A stretch of 53,113 bases of DNA from Verrucomicrobiales bacterium (GTDB lineage Bacteria > Verrucomicrobiota > Verrucomicrobiia > Verrucomicrobiales > V1-33): the NCBI GenBank assembly GCA_031411295.1, contig JANOAV010000117.1, positions 1 through 53,113 on the forward strand. The letters are read 5' to 3'. Below the pieces are notes generated by a model, which was given only the letters and a program-made list of their open reading frames with translations, searched no databases and was not told the origin of the DNA. The translations under genes and the position numbers were made by a program. Numbering within the stretch: position 1 is the first letter of the stretch; each line of letters starts with the position of its first letter. Of the stretch, positions 36,901-46,000 are shown one piece after another.

Positions 36901-39900
36901 ATATGATCCCTGATCCTTGAAACGCACCCAACTGTTGGCCGTTAGTGTCAAACCGCCGCTCCAGGTGATGAAGCTGGCATCGTTGTTATTGCTGAGGAAA
37001 CCACCCGCCAACACCAACGCTTTGTTGTTCGTGTTGGTTGCGAAGGAGGACAATTCACCCCCAGGGAACACCGTGATCGGAGCGGTAGCGGTGCCCAGAG
37101 CACCACTGCTTTGAATGCCCAGACGACCGCTCACAATGTCGATGGCCGCTACGCCAGTATTTGAAGTTGGCGCATACCAGAGCTCGTTAACGCCCACCTT
37201 AGTGAATTTGAAACCACCGAAATTCACCCCCGCTGCCACCAAGTCATACCGGTTTACGCCGCCCATGCTGGCGTCAGCTGTAAGATTCAGCGTTTGGAAT
37301 GTGGGAAGGTTCGTGATCGCAGCACCACCATTCCAGACCGCCGCCTGACCTAACACTCCGGATCCAGCCGCATTTACAATGGGCCGACTCAGAGTGGCCG
37401 AAGCCGGAGTGGTAACGGTAAACGTCTGATTCTGCCCATTGAAATCCACCGTGGCTCCGCTGGCGATGTTCACCGCCGAGGAAAGCCCGAAGGCCCCGGG
37501 ATTGCCGATCCGCACCACCCCGGTGTCCACATTCGTGGGACCTGTGTAGAGTCCGGTGCTGCTGAGGAAGAGCACGCCGTTGTCAGCTTTGGTCAAGCCA
37601 CCCGGACCTTGGATAGATCCCAGAGACATCAGGAAACCATTGGTATCAAACGTCCGCTGGCCTTCGATGTTCAGAGTCTGGAACGCAAAATTTGCCGAAG
37701 GAACCGTAACGGGCATCGATCCCCACGCTCCAATCGTGCCGCCAATGTAGTTCACATCAGGCTGGGTGCCCAAGGTGGCACCTCCCCGCCATAGGCCGCC
37801 CTGACCTATGAGGACATCGCCCCCAGAAATGGTGGTGGTGGAGGAAAATGGGTTCTGCGCTGCGGCCCGCGTGTCATTGTTCAGCCGGAAAGCCTGCACC
37901 AGACCGCCTGTAATGTTGAATGCGGGGGCAATGCCGTCTTGTCCGACACCGATCGCACCGTAGGGCAGCAAGAGCGTTCCTCCAGAGATGTTATACTGGC
38001 TTTCCACGCCAGCGAGATTGCCGATCCGCAGAGTTCCATCGGCCGCATCATTGTTCATTAAGCGCCAAGTGCCGCCGGTTTGATTCACAATGCCTGCGCC
38101 CGTAGCCCCGCCCACCTCACCACTGCCAGTAACGATGTCCGCGCCCGCCGTGATACTTACGGTGCCGATGTTATTCGTGGTCAACTGCGTGGTCCCGATG
38201 GTATAGCCACCTACCCGAATCACCGCTCCACTACCAATGACCGTCTGGCCTTGGGAGGACTGGAGCGTGTTACTGATAAAGTCCGTGCCTAACGCGGAGC
38301 CGAGCGTGACGGTATTGGTTTGCAGCGGTGGTAAAATTTGCAACGTGCCCCGCAAGAGTTGGGTATTTGCCAAGGTGAAATCCGTGCCGCGGGTCAGTCG
38401 CAAGGTGCCGCCGCCGGCTATCATCGTCTGCCCGCCCCAGCCACCCGCATTGGCGGAAAGCCCACTGACTAGTGAGTCACCAAAATCAACGACCCCGGCC
38501 ATGACATTGAGGCGGCCACTTGCCCCAGCGTTCGGAGTATTCAGCACCATCCGCCCGCCGCCTACTTTGGTGAGATTGCCCACCCCTGAAATGTTGCCGT
38601 TAAACGTATCCAACGTGCCGATGTTAGCCACGACACCGCCATGCGTGCCATCAATATTAACGGCACTGCTAATGATGCCGCCCGAGCTAGCATCTTGCAG
38701 AAATCCACCGCCCACATTGAGCGTGCCTTGAATGATCCCCGTCTGACCAACATTCAGCCCCAGTGATGCCGAAGGCTGAAAGAAACCTAACACGCCATAT
38801 TTCCCCACGTTGATCACCGTGCCTGGACGGATGGGAGTGCTGAGTTCCACGCCAAAGAGTCCTCGATTCACGTTCACCGTGCCCACTGTCATGTCCACGC
38901 CAACTGCCGAAAATTGATTCAGACCTTCTTTGGTGAGCGTAAACCCACCCAGGTCCAGTTGCTCTCCCAGAGCATCGATTAAGCCATTGTTGGAGGCCCC
39001 AGCGGTTTGATCCCGAACATCGAAACGTCCCGTAGCACTGGTATTAATGATACTGCTGCCAATGGTCGCATCCGCAGTGAGACGTAGGAACCGCACGGCG
39101 TTAGTACTGTCGCCGCCGTTGTTGACCAGCGCCCCGGCCGCATAGCCCGTGCCTACACCCGTGCCAGCAATGTTGATGACCTCATTGCCCACGATCTGAC
39201 CATTCAAATCGATCGTGGCTCCGCTGGCGACAAACGTCTGCCCCGCTTGATTTCCCAATGGTCCAGCCGCTGCCACTCCGCCCGTGCCGATCTTCAGCGT
39301 GCCGCTGTTCACATTTACATTGCCATAGAAATCATGCGCCCCACTGATGGTCAGCAAGCCATCGCCCGTCTTGGATATGGAGGTCAAGCCAGTGAGGATA
39401 CTGGCACCAGCAATGGTCACATCATTTGTTCCTGGAGTGGTATTGGCAAATGTAATCGGAGCTTCCACATTTCCTGTGAGGGTGGCCGTGATGTTCCCGT
39501 TGTTACCAAACGTAGCCGTATCCAGATTCTTGAAATCACCCAGCGTCCAATTAGCGCTGGCACCCGTGGGCAGCCAGTTTCCAGAGCCGCCTGTCCAGGC
39601 ATTGGAACCATTAGATCCCACAATCGTCAGCGTCAGTGCCCCAGGTGTGGTGTTCAACGGATCCAGCGTGAAGCTAGTATAACGTGTGTTCAGCGGAGCC
39701 GTGTAAGTGGGCAAGGTGCCTGACAGAGTGCCTGCGGTTAGCAAGGTATAAGTGCCTGCCGTGGGCGGAGCAAAGAACGACGTGCTCACCGTAGCGCCTA
39801 CGGCAAAATTAGCCGTGTTCGTCACCACCACTTTATCATTTCCAGAAACAGGATTCGCGCCCAGATTGAATCGTGAATCACCACCATTTACCGTCAGGGT

Positions 39901-42141
39901 ATCAATCGTGAGCGTGCCCACGGAATGATCCAGCGCCAAGGCCCCAGGCCGAATGGACCCGCCCGCAGCCATCGTCACAGCGCCCACGGAACCCGTGCCG
40001 CTGAGCGTGCCAGCCGTTGGGACGCTAACTGCTCCGGTCAGACTCCCCGTGACTGAAAGCGTGCCGCCCGTGATGGTCGTGCCGCCCGTGAACGTATTAG
40101 CGCCAGACAACGTCTGCAATCCAGTCCCCAGCTTATTCAGCGCAATATTTCCCGTGATGGCCCCGCCGAAATTCGCCTGATAGACGCCAGCTCCGTTCCA
40201 TAGCACGTTGTTCCCAATGGGGGCGTAGCCAGTGTTGAGATTGGAATTTTGCGAATTTACTACGGTCGTCGCTAGCGTATCGCCCCCGAGCTGTAAATTA
40301 GAAAGGGTCAGCGAACTATTAGTCCACGTTCCCACATTGCCGGTCAGCACGTCGATCCCGTCACTCTTGCCCACCATGTCCACCGAGCCGCCGGTCATCC
40401 TCACATCGGTAAATCCAAAGATCTGATTGCTCAGCGCATCCGCACCATAGGTGATCGCACCCCCATTGATGATGAGACCGAGTTCATTGCCAGAACCCAC
40501 CGAAGCACTCTGATTCGTCGTGTGCTTATTAAAGACCGCCGATCCGCTGTTAACCACCAGGTGAGCCGCACTATTATCGGAACTTCCAGAAAGGATCAGT
40601 TGACCACTTCCGTTCTGGATAAATTGCTGACCGCCTGAGCCTGGGGTCGTTAAAATCTGCGTCAGCGGCAAGGTCGTCGTGCCCACCGTGCCGCCCCCGC
40701 CGATCTGAACCGTGCTGCTAGTGTTGAATTCCAAATCCGCGCCATTGCTGATCGTGATATTCCCCAGTCCAGAGAAATTATACGCTCCGCCCGTTCCAAC
40801 GGCCAATTTCCCACCCACGCCACTCACCGTCGTGGTCCCGGTATAGCCAGAAGTGCCATTGTCCAGCGTCAAGACACCCAGACCAATGTGCGATAAATTT
40901 CCCGTCATCAAAACAGGCACCGTATCCGTGCTCAACGTCTGCGTAATCGCCTTCGTCAGCGTCACATTATCCGCCCGATTAAATTGCAGCGTGGCGCTGG
41001 AAGCCGTCTGGGTAAACGTGCTGTTATTCCCTTTATTATCGAAGCCGAAAACGATATCACTCGTAGTCCCGAGATCGCCCAGCGTGCCGCCTTGACCAAT
41101 GATCAACGAGCCAGAGGAAATGTAAGTTTTCCCCGTGTAAGCCAGGCTACTAGCAATCGTGCTTGCGCCCGTCATGGTTGCCCCAGCATTCGCCCAGCGA
41201 CCGAAATCATAATTCCGCGCCCCGCCCGTTTCCCCCAGCGTGCCATAATAGGTGCCGCCCAGACCAGCGCCATTGCCCGCAATCCGCACGGCAGCCGACG
41301 TGGCCGTGACATTGCCAAAGATAACATTCGCAGCATCCGTCCGCAACGCCCCCAACCCGCCCTGGCCAGACTCATTGAAGCCGAGTCCCTCCAGTTTAAT
41401 ATTCGCCCGAATGGCCCCGATGCCACCAGCCATAAACAACTGGCCACCATCCAAGACAGAAGTCAACCCGCTCAGGGCATACGTGGTGGTAGGATTGAAG
41501 CGCACATTCTGCACTTCAATGCCACCCGTGTTGGTATTGATGCCACTCAGCGTCGTATTAGCTACCGTGGAGGGGGCGGAAGAGTTATGGAAACCGCCCC
41601 CAGAAGTGATCGTGAATTTCCCGGTGCCGGAAATATTGCCATTGATGGTCTGAACCCCAGGCTGTTGAGCCGCCCCAGAGGAGACCAAGGTCATCACGGT
41701 ATCATCATTCAGCACGATGGGCACGTTAAACGTGTTAGCAGCGCTCGTGGCAATCACATTGATAGCCGCCGTGCCCGTGGAAACATCAAACACCAACCGC
41801 CCAGATGAGCCGTAGGCATTAATCGTGTAGCCAAACGCCGTCGCATTTGTCGTGTCCCCAATATTTAGCGTCCCAATCGTCCGCGTGCCATCCAGATTGA
41901 TGATTGTCGTAGCAGTGGTCAGATCCACGTTGTTTAAATTCGCTACGTCATCAATCCCATTCGGCACCCCGCCAGTCCAGTTCGTGCCCAGAGACCAAGA
42001 GAAGGTCCCGCCAGCCGGGGCCCCATTCCAAGTAGCAGTGGTGGCCTGAACCGTCTGCAATCCTGCCGCAGCCGCCAAGACAGCAAGTAAACACATTGCG
42101 AATTTCGCTGGGATCCGAAGATTGAAGAGTTTGCGTTTCAT
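30853..42141 (-). CDS. Giant surface protein (about 3762 aa): autotransporter-associated beta-strand repeats, PEP-CTERM anchor
   Basis: Start at MKRKLFNLR (signal peptide ending VQA). Repeats such as LNKLGTGLQTLSGANTFTGGTTITGGTL and LVKAGDGTLRLTGTNTFNG. Ends VPEPS-TM-KERRR. No beta-barrel. Confidence 0.92.
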   Translation of the reverse strand: MKRKLFNLRIPAKFAMCLLAVLAAAAGLQTVQATTATWNGAPAGGTFSWSLGTNWTGGVPNGIDDVANLNNVDLTTATTIINLDGTRTIGTLNIGDTTNATAFGYTINAYGSSGRLVFDVSTGTAAINVIATSAANTFNVPIVLNDDTVMTLVSSGAAQQPGVQTINGNISGTGKFTITSGGGFHNSSAPSTVANTTLSGINTNTGGIEVQNVRFNPTTTYALSGLTSVLDGGQLFMAGGIGAIRANIKLEGLGFNESGQGGLGALRTDAANVIFGNVTATSAAVRIAGNGAGLGGTYYGTLGETGGARNYDFGRWANAGATMTGASTIASSLAYTGKTYISSGSLIIGQGGTLGDLGTTSDIVFGFDNKGNNSTFTQTASSATLQFNRADNVTLTKAITQTLSTDTVPVLMTGNLSHIGLGVLTLDNGTSGYTGTTTVSGVGGKLAVGTGGAYNFSGLGNITISNGADLEFNTSSTVQIGGGGTVGTTTLPLTQILTTPGSGGQQFIQNGSGQLILSGSSDNSAAHLVVNSGSAVFNKHTTNQSASVGSGNELGLIINGGAITYGADALSNQIFGFTDVRMTGGSVDMVGKSDGIDVLTGNVGTWTNSSLTLSNLQLGGDTLATTVVNSQNSNLNTGYAPIGNNVLWNGAGVYQANFGGAITGNIALNKLGTGLQTLSGANTFTGGTTITGGTLSVTGSLTGAVSVPTAGTLSGTGSVGAVTMAAGGSIRPGALALDHSVGTLTIDTLTVNGGDSRFNLGANPVSGNDKVVVTNTANFAVGATVSTSFFAPPTAGTYTLLTAGTLSGTLPTYTAPLNTRYTSFTLDPLNTTPGALTLTIVGSNGSNAWTGGSGNWLPTGASANWTLGDFKNLDTATFGNNGNITATLTGNVEAPITFANTTPGTNDVTIAGASILTGLTSISKTGDGLLTISGAHDFYGNVNVNSGTLKIGTGGVAAAGPLGNQAGQTFVASGATIDLNGQIVGNEVINIAGTGVGTGYAAGALVNNGGDSTNAVRFLRLTADATIGSSIINTSATGRFDVRDQTAGASNNGLIDALGEQLDLGGFTLTKEGLNQFSAVGVDMTVGTVNVNRGLFGVELSTPIRPGTVINVGKYGVLGFFQPSASLGLNVGQTGIIQGTLNVGGGFLQDASSGGIISSAVNIDGTHGGVVANIGTLDTFNGNISGVGNLTKVGGGRMVLNTPNAGASGRLNVMAGVVDFGDSLVSGLSANAGGWGGQTMIAGGGTLRLTRGTDFTLANTQLLRGTLQILPPLQTNTVTLGSALGTDFISNTLQSSQGQTVIGSGAVIRVGGYTIGTTQLTTNNIGTVSITAGADIVTGSGEVGGATGAGIVNQTGGTWRLMNNDAADGTLRIGNLAGVESQYNISGGTLLLPYGAIGVGQDGIAPAFNITGGLVQAFRLNNDTRAAAQNPFSSTTTISGGDVLIGQGGLWRGGATLGTQPDVNYIGGTIGAWGSMPVTVPSANFAFQTLNIEGQRTFDTNGFLMSLGSIQGPGGLTKADNGVLFLSSTGLYTGPTNVDTGVVRIGNPGAFGLSSAVNIASGATVDFNGQNQTFTVTTPASATLSRPIVNAAGSGVLGQAAVWNGGAAITNLPTFQTLNLTADASMGGVNRYDLVAAGVNFGGFKFTKVGVNELWYAPTSNTGVAAIDIVSGRLGIQSSGALGTATAPITVFPGGELSSFATNTNNKALVLAGGFLSNNNDASFITWSGGLTLTANSWVRFKDQGSYNLAINRFIVLNNANLDLNGFSLTKFDRSSLEIRGATGTGNGDLNLLGGITYLTSGTVINGTGALRIAADAALVLDGTNGAVSVARTVTLNGGLLANAAGNHTAAAVVNGYGRFSPAQANGTTTLTLSSLTLGNTATTGLFFNTTSTTTITGTLPTINAGMTAGTSDATTSFAALSGSNIVAVTPTLTTSATGPVNLSSATATDTVLATHTAGGTVAHNTISADLKIVALIAERDVQATGNALLTLNSGGLISRANPIIMGDASVSGRLTSGEAQGRLFITTAGTFEASQALNLRFSVVDNPLAPGCFQPVTLIKDGLGSLQAMGDNGTAGTLINSTFTGGMIINSGRVMPRGSNGVGFGNISVADGGQLALIDAQILNGVAFANNVSINGLGASETGAFGALRLSGLTGSVVTGTVNLASTARIHNATTDGGIVAGLISGSGTLQKTGANQVLISNPSNTYTGATQLGYVDLAGGVTTVAKLANGGANSSIGTSSNSADNLVINGATLRHQGLADSTDRLFTIGLNGAALESQGWAGMNWTNTGALAVTPGSTRTLSFNGDVNVAINNISNGFSPANIFAPVISDPAHGFTNIVKNGSSTWVLTGNNTGNGAVSVTNGILQVGNGGTTGSLPGAGTPDASIGLGNVSLSNQAKLVFNRSDDIVVKNQITGGSSVNQIVQAGSGTLTLAGIYDNSNFGLTSGVALRVDNGILVLAKEASAGAQWNSGKAVSSGTGTLGANHGIMINAGTLRLGGAANAPDQISDFTDVYMRGGTFDMNGRADTIGRLEGTGGTVTGGGTLGVGSSANNSQSWIGFNGTIAGGTSLVKFGTNSIMLRGNSTADGGATINQGRLMLGFNGSTGSIAGGIQVNAAGTLSFNRSDNATFANVINGNSTGTIENLGSASATLTGMPALAYTPLAVRRGTLNLALTGANTKLQQIGGGTLDGGTLKLTGNASGTSEFLIDNGITLAGGNIIVDGNGAAGTDLRLTAFTRGTGAATGSVNFGAINGGAIRSNTLNDAGIISTAQHAYATYNGNDWAAQLGDSRIGAFTAYQNNVYTAGTHTNVTTTAFTGPATTGTLRFANAAPLNLALGGSTLSLNKGGILFGSAIGSNAVTISAGTIVPATLTPVDARGADLIIHQHNTSQEVVISAVLGNPVGAAATQNGTNTAGVAVLTGLASTANLYRGMPVSGGTIPAGSFINSVDSGTQITLNQTIAAVNTAVALTFGGYSTGLVKAGDGTLRLTGTNTFNGALTVNGGKLIIGDGTTNGSIAGPINTAIQNPFVNDAILAWSRSDTVTVGAIISGFGEVRQEGTGILSLNATNSFAGGLTVAKGTVTTNNATGFGGNNATGLLATQVTLGDAITGADNIALLVNHTAALTVPHHITVSALGSGTVTIGSQNNVAAINAIFSGAVELNRPTIFGGNLDRTSFVGTISGNVGTLTIANTSGGASGRVTIENENNFTATDININDATILQVGSGAFSDPRNQLPDNVKVNLLGAGAATFQLNGDSETIGQLNSTNVNALVQSIAAGPMALTINNGGTYNGQINGNAGGGLIIEATGGTLSIGGTLDNNTGRVLVNGGIVELNKTSSGSVHAIGGSLVVNSGTLRLAGTGGDQIYDGGLNAGTGVPVVVNGGTFDLNGQSEGIGALIGLGGTVTNTAASTTSTLTLGVNHTSGPAYYGNVQDGAGAVAITKVGNGGAVFAGNNTFTGTTTISGGYLQIGVGGTTGTLAGTSGVTTSTNTQLVINRSDAVTIAPVISGGGALLQNGTGKTSLTSDNTLTGPVVINGGSLFAGNGGATGSFGSGNVTISAGTVAGIDHGSNAHVTPNSFGGAGGLEKQSSGVETITGKSTYTGTTDLKGGTLLLGGNDLLLNTAPLKLSTGTTLATGGFSDTTGALSVNGNAIFDMGAGSTSILTFGDVAAWTGMLQVWNYDGTKYLPGSDKLLFTAGTANINLANVSFFSDSGNMNIGTAGALIGNELVPVPEPSAIMSLLALFGLAGYKERRRFFHFRK

Positions 42142-42322
42142 AGTGGTTTTCTTGATAGTGTTGTCGTGACCAAGTAACTTTCCCTTGTCCAAACTGAGGG
42201 CGGCTCTCGGTCATTAAGCTTTAATTAAATTAATGAAACCCAATTTCGTGAAATTTGTCAATTCTCCAATGCACGGGATTTCGGTTTGCTGGCTGCCAGG
42301 GTAGCAGTAGTTTGGTTCTACC
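42142..42322. promoter_or_regulatory. AT-rich divergent promoter region between giant protein gene and ECF sigma gene
   Basis: Head-to-head genes. AT-rich core with imperfect dyad CATTAAGCTTTAATTAAATTAATG, and AAGTAAC-N6-TTGTCCAAA-N18-CATTAA on + strand. Confidence 0.5.
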
Positions 42323-43066
42323 ATGCAGCCCCTTGGTCCTACTCCTGCTTCTACTGACGCTTCGTTTCCTGCCACCCGCTGGAGTCTCATCATTGACTTG
42401 CGGTCCGGGGATGCCAAGGCAGTGGACCGCGCGCTGGCGGAATTGTGTCGGTTATATTGGTATCCGGTCTATGCGTTTGTGCGACGGGAGGGCGCAGGGC
42501 CGGAGGATGCGGAGGATCTGACGCAGGGGTTCTTTGCCCGGTTTTTGGAACGGGGGGATTTTTCGCTGGCGGACCAGGATCGGGGGAAGTTGCGGACGTT
42601 GCTGCTTTCGTCGGTGAAGCATTTCATGGTGCAGGATTGGCGGCATCGCTCAGCGCAAAAGCGCGGCGGGGGCGTGCTGCCGCTGTCGCTGGATACTGCT
42701 GCGGCGGAGGATCGCTATGCGCAGGAACCCGCGAACTTCACCTCTCCCGAGGCGCTCTTTGACCGTCGCTGGGCGCTGGATACCATGGAGGAAGCGCTCC
42801 GGCAGTTGGAGCAGGAATACATTGATGCTGGCAAAGCTACGCTGCATACTGCCCTGCAAAGGTTCATTTCCGCTAAACCAAAAGGCCATGATTTACGCGA
42901 TCTGGCCGCGCAACTCAACATGACCGAAGGTGCCATCCAGGTTGCGATTCACCGTCTGCGTCAACGTTTCCGACAGTGCCTGGAAGCCTTGGTGGCAGAA
43001 ACGGTGAGTTCCCCAACTGAGGTAGCTGGGGAACTCCGCCATCTGCTGTCACTGCTCACGATGTGA
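42323..43066 (+). CDS. ECF RNA polymerase sigma factor (type usually encoded next to a Ser/Thr kinase in PVC genomes)
   Basis: FPATRWSLI, ALAELCRLYWYPVYAFVRR, DAEDLTQGFF, RGKLRTLL, AQKRGGG, FDRRWA, LNMTEGAIQVAIHRLRQRF. Confidence 0.92.
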   Translation: MQPLGPTPASTDASFPATRWSLIIDLRSGDAKAVDRALAELCRLYWYPVYAFVRREGAGPEDAEDLTQGFFARFLERGDFSLADQDRGKLRTLLLSSVKHFMVQDWRHRSAQKRGGGVLPLSLDTAAAEDRYAQEPANFTSPEALFDRRWALDTMEEALRQLEQEYIDAGKATLHTALQRFISAKPKGHDLRDLAAQLNMTEGAIQVAIHRLRQRFRQCLEALVAETVSSPTEVAGELRHLLSLLTM

Positions 43067-43081
43067 CGCGCATGGGTCCTC

Positions 43082-46000
43082 TTAGCGCCCGTATTCAGCG
43101 GTGATCCGATAGAATAGTTTTGGCACGTTAGGATCGGCGTAGAATTGCCAATAGCCGTAGGTAAGTCCTTGGATGATGGGAGTCCAGTTCAATAAATCCG
43201 TGGAGGTGGAAACGGTGTAGGAGCGGCAGGGAGCGGTGTTCCAAGTGAGCACGCCGAAGTTGAGGTTGGCGGCAAAGCGGGAAGTGGCAGCATTGGGATC
43301 GGTGCCAGCGGCAAACTCGGAGCGATCACTTTGCCCATCGCCATCGGTGTCGGCGTTTTTGACCGGATCATACCCTGCGGTGCCGTAGGTGATGCGTTCA
43401 TAGGCATCGGGCAGGCCGTCCCCATCGAGATCTGTGGGGTCTTCTGCATCCGCTCCCAACAGGAAGTTCGTCCAAGTGGCGGGACTGGAAATGGTGGCTG
43501 CGGCAGGCCAAGCACTGGAGGTGAAGCTGCTGGTGCCCCGATTGAAATGAACCGCCCCGCCGATTTGCTGCCCCAGCCAGCCTCCCAGGCGAGCATCCGA
43601 GATGCGGAGTTCCAGGCTCCAGTAGCCTCCGGCAACGAAGATATGCGCTTCCGGGAGATCCACCGACGGATCTGCTATCCAAGTGGAACCGTTGCCAATG
43701 AACGATTGCACGAGGCCGAGGGCATCGACCTGGACGCGCAGGTCGTCGCTTTGGGGGCTGGATTGCATGCCTTGATTGGGATCGAAGGTGAAGGACACCG
43801 AGGTATCGTGGGCGGCTCCATCCGGGATGCCGGTGGCGCTGAGGTAGAGCGAGCCGTTGGTGTGGATGCAGCGGACGGGAATATTTCCTGAGCCGGTAAA
43901 TAAGGGCGTGGGCGAGCGATCGGCGGCCCACGCCGGTTCCGCAGGCGTCCCATCGAGGACGACCGCAGCAGTGGTCGCGTTGATGGCGCGCGGACGGACT
44001 TTAATGGTGACACTGGCGTAGGCGAGGGCGCCCACACTGTCAGCCACTTGGCAATTGACAGAATATTGGCCGGGCTCAAGTGCCTCCAGCGGAATGAACT
44101 CGCCATAGCCAGAGAGGGAGCCGCCGGCTGGCGTGGAGACTGCCCAGGTGGGAATGACCGTCTCATCCTCCACATCTGCTGCGATCCCGCGCAAGGTGAT
44201 CGATTCACCGGCCAAGGCACTCACATTGGCCAGACCGGGCGTGTTAGTCACGCGGGGGGTGATGACTTGAATCGTGAGGGTGGGCGGGTTGTTGCCGTAG
44301 GCGAAATTTCCGCTTTGCACAGTCGTGGAATGCAACCCGTCGGTGGTGATTAACTCCACGCGGCAGTCCGCCTTGGAAGCTCCCGGCATGGTGATGCCAG
44401 TCGTGTCTAATTGATTGCCTAACACGCCATAAGCCAGCGTGGTCCAGGTAGCCCCTTGATTGTTGCTCCAGCGCACGGTGGTTTGCACAGTATCGTTGTC
44501 GGGATCGGATGCGTTCCATTTGATAATCGGGTTGGAGCCGTTGAAGATGGTTTCTCCACCCAGAGGATACAACAAGGTGACGCTGGGGGCAGCGATGCCA
44601 GCGGTGCGTTTACCGAGCAGACCATCCGTGGCGCTGACGAGTTCCATGCTGTCATACTCCAGCGTGGAGAGATCCATGTTGGCGAGGAAGGAGGTGCCCT
44701 CGTTATCCGCTCCAGCGTCGGTGGGGACCTCGAACACTTTCACCGGGAAGGTGCCTACCTCCGTGCCACTTTTGGAGAAATGCAGCGTCCACTTGGCGTA
44801 GTCAGGCCCGGCGGTCATCCGGGTGGCCACCGCCCGGCTGTTGGCTTGGGCCAGCGGCGTGATCGGCAGGAAATAGGTGTGGCCATCGGGTGCCACATGG
44901 CCGCAGACGAGGGAGCCTAACGTGGCGCCAGCGCCCGCCGGACCGCGTGGTGCCAGCGGGAAGCCAGGGGAGGGCATGTGGGCTAACAACGCGCGCCAAG
45001 TGTAGTCAGAAGTCCATTTGGGAGCACAGTAGCTCATGAAATCTTTGGCCTGCGTGCGCAGAATGAGCCGATGGGTGAGCGGGTCCAGGCCCTGGAAGCC
45101 AGCGGCGGCTGAGGAAAGGGTGTCCGTGGGGTAGGGGTAGCCATTGTCCACGAAATCAGGGTTGCCGCAGTTTACATGCAGACGCCCAAAATTATGCGCC
45201 AACTCCTGGGCAGCCGTGCCGCTCATGAAGGGTTGACCAAGCTCATTGTCTTCGAGATCCAAAAACCATGCACTGGACGGAATGCGCATGTAGAGATCGT
45301 AAATTCCCGGCAGGGCAATCCCGGACCATCCCGGCATGCCATCAAAGGTTGGCAGCAGCGCCACGTAATGCACCCACGGACCAGCACCATCCAACGCATT
45401 GAAGAGCAGTTGATTCAAGAGCAGCAGCGCAGAATCATCGAAGCTCGCGCTCACTTCGTAGCGACCATTGCCGTCACAATAGAATGGAATCAACGGTCGG
45501 CTCACTTCACCTCCGCGCCAACTGTAATTGACCCGTGCGGCGGGTAGCATCGAGGTGAGATTATCCAGCGCCCGTTGGTGCTCCGGCAACGTCCGACTGA
45601 CCGTGCCATGCACCGTGCGCGTGGGGATGAAGCGCACTTCCAGTTTGCCGGGATTGAGGAAATTCGCCACAAAGGTCGCATCATTATTAGTGACGTTAGT
45701 TTCGGAAATAGGCTGGCCATCATTGATCCGGGCATTCAGCGTCACGGAGCCATGCGTCCACGTCTCCGGCAGCACAAATGTCCAACAGTTCACCGCGCTC
45801 TGGGTGCGATCCAAGGCGGCATTGGTAGTTGCAGCAGGGCCCAGCAGCGGGCGCAGCGGAGATCCGGGCAGGGGGGTGCCACCAGAACTACCGTAAAGCA
45901 CTACCGGCAGGGCCAGGCTCGTTTCACCTGTGGAACTGCTGGCAATGCGGGCAAAGAAGCGCACATGCGTGGTTTTAGACTGCACTAACGGACAGGAATT

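Noticed and set aside
16074..41808. Many 60-380 aa plus-strand ORFs and short recurring DNA words inside the giant genes
   Set aside because: Explained by antisense reading of Gly/Thr/Ala-rich repeats. There is no constant repeat-spacer periodicity, so not a CRISPR array, and no reverse transcriptase or adenine-specific variation, so not a diversity-generating retroelement.
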